Assembly (NCBI GenBank): GCA_000182565.2
Contig: KQ257451.1
Origin: Spizellomyces punctatus DAOM BR117
Lineage: Eukaryota
Direction: 5' to 3' (one strand)
DNA length: 10,778 nt
Positions 1-6,019 of the stretch are shown piece after piece; the first letter of the stretch is position 1; every line of letters starts with the position of its first letter. The translations under genes and the position numbers were made by a program. A model generated the notes under the pieces. The model was not told the origin of the DNA, ran no database searches, and saw nothing but the letters and a program-made list of their open reading frames with translations.

Positions 1-79
1 GGTTGCTGATAATTGCCAGTGTCCGAAGGCCTCGATTGAATTTTTGAATTTTTGACTTTCTAGGGGTCTGTGACGCCAT
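1..79 (-). CDS. Possible N-terminus of a gene running off the left edge (MASQTPRKSKIQKIQSRPSDTGNYQQ...)
   Basis: Minus-strand ATG at 79 in AAGATGG context, open to the window edge (26 codons). A minus-strand TATAAATA lies upstream at 376-369 and a pyrimidine-rich CTACAG acceptor-like site at 190-185. Too short to recognise homology. Confidence 0.3.
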   Translation of the reverse strand, partial: MASQTPRKSKIQKFNRGLRTLAIISN

Positions 80-368
80 CTTTTTCTTGTGGATACAAAC
101 AAGGCTGTGCAAATGTGTCACAGTCACGGTGTCAAGAGTTTAAATTTCCTTCTCTTCTGCCAAGATGCATTTCACTCGGCTGCACTGTAGGAGAGAGATT
201 TTAATGATTTCAACGTGGATATGACAGCAGCAAGACGCAAGCCGATAGAGCAAGAGGAGAAGAGTTTGAACTTTTTGATTCAGAGTTGCGCGCAGCAGCT
301 GCCAATTGAATCGTGTTACGATCTTGTCCTAGTGACGGTGCCCTGCGATCCAAGCTGGCAAATGCGTC

Positions 369-376
369 TATTTATA
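369..376 (-). promoter_or_regulatory. Candidate TATA box (TATAAATA) for a leftward transcript
   Basis: Plus strand reads TATTTATA at 369-376, in a region divergent from the DUF3712 gene. Confidence 0.35.
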
Positions 377-752
377 GTACAGTTTTTGGGTTGGTCCTTC
401 CAGTGGCCCGTGTTTGTTTGCGCCTGAGGCGGCCGTACATCGGAGATTGCGGCGACTATCGGTGGCGACCGCCCTGCCAGGAACAACACTGCTAGGGTCC
501 TCTGCGCACTCGAGTGACATTCTGGCTTGTTCATCACATGACAGTGACTACCAGTAATGGATAAATGAACTGCCTATTCTGGTACATTATCCTCACGATC
601 ACATGCATTGAAACACATGATAAATCTCCCATCTTTCCTACCCCGCTTGACTGAGCTTGTTCTCCCGCTGGTCGTCGTCGTGGTCTTTCTCCGCCTTGCG
701 TTCCACCGTCATTTCTGCATCCTTTGCGGTGCAAAGACGGTCAACGCCAGCC

Positions 753-2210
753 ATGTGCTCCCATCCCCTTCTCGATCGGCTGATGACGCACCTCCGCTCC
801 CTCTCCGTGCCTCGTCTGCTCCTCACCATTCTCTTGTCCCATCTCCTCATTACACGTCTGCTCTTGAGGCGCCTCCTTCCTTTTATCGCCCAACGACTCA
901 TCAACCGCTCCGTACTTACAATCACAAATGCAACCATCACAGATCCTCAAAAGGACAGGCTTGTCATGTGCATGAAAGGTCGCGTGGAGAATGCAGGACC
1001 ATTGCCCGCTAAAATCGAATTCTTGGGCCCCGTCAAGTTATGTGTGGACGATGACAGATCATTGGGTGCGGGAAAACGCCGAGTGGTGGTAGAAGGCGGA
1101 AGGCGGCTGGTGATTATTGGTGAAGCAGATGGGATGCCAGCCATCTCAACATCAACAAGCGGGTCTGCTGACATTGACGCCAAAGTTACAGTGCGCATCC
1201 TGGACACGCAAGCTTTTGCCGCATTTGCAAAAACAATGATGGAATCCACAAAGTTTTCGTTAACTCTGCTTGCCACTGATATCAAAGTGGTTTCTTTCAA
1301 CCTTCCCATCTATTCGACCAAGCTCCTCAAGACGGTCACCCTCAAAGGTTTGCAAAATCTGAATCAGATTCAGATCCTGAAGGCTGTCACGACGGGGGGA
1401 ACACCGACCCACATCACGCTCAGCACCACATGCGAGATTTACAATCTATCAGACATCACACTCTCCGTAGGAACTGTGACTCTCGCTCTCTATCACGAAG
1501 ACATTTACCAAGTGGGCACCGTCGAAATGAACAATCTCACGCTCCAACCAGGCACAAATAGGATAACCGCCACAGCTGCATATTCGCCTCAGACAACACC
1601 TGCAACTCAGTCTGGCCGAAAGCTGTTGGCATCTTACGTCACAAACACTCCAGCCACTGTAACGATCCGTGGTACGCAAACGTCAACGCCTATATCGTAT
1701 CTTCGCCCTGCTCTTCAGTCGCTAAGTGTTACCACAATATTACCACCGGAGTCGCGCAAAATGATAGAAAAGACGCAACTCGTTATCGACCCGTTTCGTC
1801 TGACAACTAGGTTGCAGTCGGCTACCAAACTCGTCCTGTTCAATCCGATGCTTGCGCCTGTGACAATATTGTGGATGAAGGGTACTGTAACTTGTCGAGG
1901 GGAAGTGGTGGGCAATTTAGATGAGGATTTGCAGAGCAGGAATGAAATGGTTGTATTAGCTCCAGAGACCAGTGTACAAACTGGGATCATGGGTATGCGA
2001 CTGAGAATAGCACCAGGGGCTTTGGGTGCCATTCTGACGGCTGCGATCGCCGAGGGTCGAGGGGATGGCCAGACACAGACTCCCAATCAAGATGGTGGCA
2101 TCAAGCTCTTTGAGGTGGACGTTGAAAGTACCATCGGCTGTCGGGTCGGACAGTATGAGGTGGTGATTGATTACAGACAGGAAGGCGTACCTGTTGGGTT
2201 GGGCGGGTGA
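753..2210 (+). CDS. DUF3712 / Tag1-like beta-sandwich-repeat membrane protein, ~485 aa, intronless
   Basis: Long ORF; first in-frame ATG at 753 (GCCATG), whereas the ORF-track start at 657 is TTG. N-terminal hydrophobic anchor followed by PFIAQRLINRSVLTITNATI, then ENAGPLPAKIEF, VTLKGLQNL and NLSDITLSVGTVTL...VGTVEMNNLTLQPGTN, which I recognise as the fungal DUF3712 pattern. Stop TGA at 2208-2210. Confidence 0.8.
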   Translation: MCSHPLLDRLMTHLRSLSVPRLLLTILLSHLLITRLLLRRLLPFIAQRLINRSVLTITNATITDPQKDRLVMCMKGRVENAGPLPAKIEFLGPVKLCVDDDRSLGAGKRRVVVEGGRRLVIIGEADGMPAISTSTSGSADIDAKVTVRILDTQAFAAFAKTMMESTKFSLTLLATDIKVVSFNLPIYSTKLLKTVTLKGLQNLNQIQILKAVTTGGTPTHITLSTTCEIYNLSDITLSVGTVTLALYHEDIYQVGTVEMNNLTLQPGTNRITATAAYSPQTTPATQSGRKLLASYVTNTPATVTIRGTQTSTPISYLRPALQSLSVTTILPPESRKMIEKTQLVIDPFRLTTRLQSATKLVLFNPMLAPVTILWMKGTVTCRGEVVGNLDEDLQSRNEMVVLAPETSVQTGIMGMRLRIAPGALGAILTAAIAEGRGDGQTQTPNQDGGIKLFEVDVESTIGCRVGQYEVVIDYRQEGVPVGLGG

Positions 2211-2761
2211 TCACCGACCTCGTTTTTGCATGGACACTGTACCTGCTCTACTATGTCTCTTTACTGGCACCTGCTCTACCTTCATTTGTCTGGCATCACA
2301 CCTTGAGGGAGTCTTGCGTTTTAATTTTTCTGTGGAGAATAATCATTTTGGCTATTAGCAGACCAAAAATTAAGTATTTCCTGTTACATTTACCTTTTTT
2401 AAAAACATATTTTGGATGGATTATACAATAGTACAGCAAACTTGTGAGATCCTTCTAGCTTGCTGTTGAAAACCAGTTTTGGTAGTCCGCTTTTAGACAG
2501 AGGTAGAGTATTATCTTTTCCTCGGACAAGCTATTGTGCCATTGGACATATGTATCTATAAAAGGTTTAACATACAAAGAGTGTACCAGTAAAAGCTAGT
2601 TCGGCAACTTGCATCATTGCAGCTCAGTCTATTTGTGAGATTTGTGTATTGATTATTCCAAGTTGATGGAACATCACGCGCCTACCAATTTTACCAGTTC
2701 TTAGTGTGCCCTTTTCACACCCCGCTGGCCCGCCCGCCCCTCCTCAACAGACTAATGCTCA

Positions 2762-4715
2762 ATGCAGGTACAAGAACTGCAATGGCGAGTGTTGTTGAGA
2801 TGCTGCCTCCTCTTATCCCTTCTCCCGACGGTCCAACCACAAGCCGATAGCCAAATTGTTAACGTTGCTCTGCGAGTCCAACGAGACCTTAGCCATGCGG
2901 TCCCAATAAATCGAGTTGCGGGTGCAGGAATATCGTTGAAGGATACCATTCTGAAAGGAAATTACTCTCTCGCCGCATTAAGTCAGACAGAAAAGCTTGT
3001 GCTGAACCTTGTCAAAAGGCTCGTTTTGGACATATATTGGGATAATCGACGGAAACAATGGCAAGTGTGTCCGGTAGCCTATCCTCATGGTACTCAAGCT
3101 CAACCCGCAATGGGGGCTACGCCGGATGAAGTTATACTGGGAAACGTCACTTGCTCCAAAGTCCCATATACTGTAGCGGATATTGGAGCGGCCATTCGTC
3201 AATCCTTAACATCTGGACAAGGCTCGCTTAACGCTGTGATAGTTCTCGTATTGAACCTCCACGACCTTCAAGTTCCCATCCCCGCCGATGCAACGGTTCC
3301 AACGACCTTTTCCACAATCAGTCAATCCCTTAATAGTGGTGGAATATTTACACCGAAAATGCTAACTCAATTCCGATCAAACCTTGCCGCCAACGCGACG
3401 AGTCCTTACTTTACCATGTCCACCGATCCAGCGACAGGCAAACTGACGACACCGAATGGATGGCCTATGGGGAAGTTGCTGATTGCCAATGGAACGCAGA
3501 TTTTGGTCGGGTTTGGGCAAAATGGTCTGAGTGCAGGCTCGGGCTATGATCCCTCCGTCGATCAGGACGTTGTGTTCAGTGCCCAAGAGATTAACGGCAT
3601 GCCCAGCATCAGCACTACAGAGCTGAATTCAGATATCACATCATGTGCCAAACCCGGTCCCACAATTGCCATGAATGGCACTGGCTTTGATGTTTCAGAC
3701 TCACGGTATTCACTGCAACCTTCTAATGCAACGAACGACACATCGCTGTCTTGGAGTACATGGAGCTTCCCTTATGTAGTGGATACACCTTCCAAACCAT
3801 TTACGCCAGCTGTTGTATCCAAGTTGGTTGAATGCGGCTTTCAACCTTTATTTTTGATAAATTTCTCCGTGGAAGCAATGAATGCTAGTGTGTGGAGTTG
3901 GGAGGATGGGCAGCCTTCTGGAGCGCATGGCCTGGATTGTGCGGTTATTAAAAGGAGTACGGGGCGATGGTTCGTTACCAGTATGTTCGTATGGGGGAAC
4001 AGCTATTATAAGAAATTGCTAACTGGCTTGGCGTTTCTGGCGTAGGGCTGTGGATCGATGCCAAACAGCATTGCCTGTAGCTTGTCAGCGCCTCCCACCA
4101 AATGCAACCCAGGCAGATCCATATGATGTGCGTGTTTCTCATTACGCGGTCATAGCAGAGCTTCTCTGTGAGCTAATTCGGCTGTATTCATCAGTGGATC
4201 ATTGTCAACAACAGAAAGATATTTGAAGAAGCTGTGGATGCCTGCCAGCCACCCTATGTCTTTAATGTTCCACGGACTGCACAAGAGAATGCCGCTCTGG
4301 CCGACGCACTTAGGGCGACAGATATAAGCAAAGCCTGGATCAACCTCAATCAGGTTTTGCCCACTTGTTGGGTTGCTGGATGGCAATCCAAGTGTCCTTA
4401 TGATGTCAAGGTAACTCCAATTCTTTTGCGAATGCTGGTCTGTTGCTAATCAATTCGTGATTGGCATAGGATGCCAACCCTCAAGCGATCATTGGCGCAA
4501 CACTTAAGCAGGGCATAGTGATCATCCTCATATTCAGTATCTTTCTGTTCTTTAAATGCCGGAGACAGTTGAGAGTCAGTCGCTTGAATAAGCGGAAAGC
4601 CGAAGTGAGACGCAAGATTCGGCAGAATGATTATGTTACTGTTCCGGTAAAGTGTCCTATGACATGCAATAACTTATGACAAGATGATTGATAAACTATT
4701 CCACTATAGGCGTGA
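2762..4715 (+). CDS. MTC6: Maintenance of telomere capping protein 6 (MTC6)-like type I membrane protein, ~562 aa. Exons 2762-3969, 4046-4127, 4195-4410, 4470-4646, 4710-4715
   Basis: Signal peptide, then MTC6-like motifs ALRVQRDL, LVLDIYWD...WQVCP, WSWEDGQP, CAV..STGRW, C..LPVAC, FNVPRTAQEN, WINLN..CWV..CPY, a TM helix (IVIILIFSIFLFFKC) and basic tail ending DYVTVPA. Introns 3970-4045 (GTTCGT..GCTAAC..TAG), 4128-4194 (GTGCGT..GCTAAT..CAG), 4411-4469 (GTAACT..GCTAAT..TAG) and 4647-4709 (GTAAAG..TAG) keep one open frame. Confidence 0.85.
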
Positions 4716-5336
4716 ACTAGAGTATTTGTCACTTTCATCATTGTACATTATACGATACCTAACCATTTCAGTAGTGCTTTTTTATTAATATACCAATATC
4801 ATGCACTTGCATCAAAACGTTTTGGCATCTGACGAAGTGGAGCTGTTTGGATATCACTCATGGGGTAATTGGCAATCGATATCCTGTTATCGTATCTATC
4901 GCATCTACGAGTGTCCAAAAAAGAAGCCCTGCGGTCGCCCTCCTGGACCCCTTTGAAGGTGTGATGACCATTTGTGATTATGTGAGCGCGTTAGTCATTT
5001 ATTTATCTTTTTCCCACGGTGCTCGAGTAGGATGAAAACGACCACCGTTTTGCACAGATGAAGAGCAGACAATGCAGAATATGGACAGCCTTTCAATGCA
5101 CAATGTCGTCTTGACCATGTCCAGTTGTTTTACGGCGGTTGCAGTCGACAAGGTTCGTCGTGAACGGAATTTCCGCGGAAGAACGAGCGCGTCAAGGAGA
5201 TGCCAGGGGTAGAAGCACGTTCTACAGATCAACGTCGATTGGTGCTACTCGCAAGGGACTAGAACGTCATCGTCTTCTCGAGAGAAAGAGCTTACGTTGC
5301 ATGCCCCACAACCCCAAAAGCGCAGTCGCCCTCGGT

Positions 5337-5344
5337 TATAAAAA
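5337..5344 (+). promoter_or_regulatory. TATA box (TATAAAAA) upstream of the K-turn array
   Basis: Consensus TATAWAWR inside GC-rich flanks, ~55 nt before the first hairpin, with no credible protein-coding ORF downstream on this strand. Confidence 0.55.
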
Positions 5345-5392
5345 GGCACCCTTCCCTCGCCCCCCCGCTTTTGAACTTCACCGGTTGACGCT

Positions 5393-5890
5393 GACTGCAG
5401 ACCCGCGATGGTTGGGGCGGCTGCTATACCAATGATGTCTTCGGACGGAGGTATACCTGACGATGCCTTCGGGCGGAGGGAGGACCCGTGGTTGAGATGG
5501 ACTGTAGTCTGCGCTGGTGTGGAGCAGCTACTTATATCCCAATGATGCCTTCGGGTTGAGGGATATAACCCAATGATGTCTTCGGGCGGAGGGAGGGCCT
5601 GAGTGGGTGGTTGCATGGACTGCAGTCGCGATGGTTGGGGCGGCTGCTATACCCGATGATGCCTTCGGGCGGAGGGAGGACCTAGTGGGGTTGCATGTGG
5701 GTGGTTGCATGGACTGCAGTCGCGATGGTTGGGGCGGCTGCTATACCCAATGATGCCTTCGGGTTGAGGGAGGACCTTGGTTGAGATGGACTGATAGCTG
5801 CGTTGGTGTGGAGCAGCTACTTATATCCGGATGATGCCTTCGGGCGGAGGGATATAACCCAATGATGCCTTCGGGCGGAGGGAGGGCCTG
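5393..5890. repeat. Imperfect tandem repeat of five ~80-115 nt units containing eight copies of CC-RAT-GATGYC-TTCG-GRYKGA-GG
   Basis: Core copies at 5425-5455, 5456-5480, 5532-5568, 5569-5593, 5652-5676, 5746-5770, 5821-5857 and 5858-5882. 5603-5654 is identical to 5697-5748 (52 nt), and 5489-5601 is near-identical to 5778-5890. Confidence 0.97.
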
Positions 5891-5906
5891 GGGGTTGCGA
5901 AAGTTA

Positions 5907-5912
5907 AATAAA
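5907..5912 (+). terminator. Candidate polyadenylation signal AATAAA
   Basis: AATAAA 25 nt after the last K-turn, at the abrupt change from G-rich to A-rich sequence. The A-rich tract may instead, or also, be the U-rich 3' end of the minus-strand JHY gene. Confidence 0.4.
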
Positions 5913-6019
5913 GGAAGAAAAGATCCAAAAGATAAATATGTTTATTGAAAACGAAAAATAATTCCATCCAACGTCCTTTGAACATCCCAATCATCTTCAT
6001 CCAGTCGCACCATTCTAGT

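Larger units (their letters stand above)
5375..5930 (+). ncRNA. Candidate structured ncRNA with 8 K-turn/UUCG hairpins and 5 G-rich-loop hairpins (ends approximate)
   Basis: Each core folds as C-stem, 3-nt bulge, tandem G.A/A.G pairs, 4-bp NC-stem and cUUCGg loop, on the + strand only. Compensatory and wobble changes between copies. Upstream TATA and downstream AATAAA. Transcription itself cannot be shown from sequence. Confidence 0.6.

Noticed and set aside
608-2086. Alternative-frame and antisense ORFs over the DUF3712 gene, and similar ones over MTC6, JHY and GH46
   Set aside because: Shadow ORFs of real coding regions with no recognisable motifs.
5139-5710. ORFs 5139-5435 (+), 5245-5616 (-) and 5528-5710 (-) as repeat proteins
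   Set aside because: The repeats appear in shifting frames, unit spacing such as 94 nt is not a multiple of 3, and variation follows base pairing rather than codon position.
5425-5882. CRISPR array (short palindromic repeats with intervening sequence)
   Set aside because: Intervening sequences are themselves repeated and range from 0 to ~70 nt, there are no cas genes, and the context is eukaryotic and intron-rich.
5425-5882. SECIS elements (AUGA...GA core)
   Set aside because: The helix above the GA/GA core is 4 bp with a UUCG loop, not ~11-13 bp with apical AA, and no neighbouring gene has a convincing in-frame Sec UGA.
5425-5882. Canonical box C/D snoRNA cluster, U3 or U4 snRNA
   Set aside because: Boxes deviate from consensus (AUGAUGC/U and CGGA/UUGA) and close on each other across a tetraloop, leaving no guide region 5' of the D-like box. 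I see no U3 box A/B or U4 U6-pairing and Sm-site sequences.
5393-5890. Hammerhead or hairpin ribozyme repeats (retrozyme-like)
   Set aside because: No CUGANGA plus GAAA core or hairpin-ribozyme loop A/B consensus in the units on either strand. A novel ribozyme cannot be excluded without an assay.
5375-5930. Telomerase RNA, suggested by the neighbouring MTC6 name and TAACCC hexamers
   Set aside because: No 1.5-repeat template such as CTAACCCTAA. TAACCC arises at stem junctions, and MTC6 is a membrane protein named from a genetic screen.
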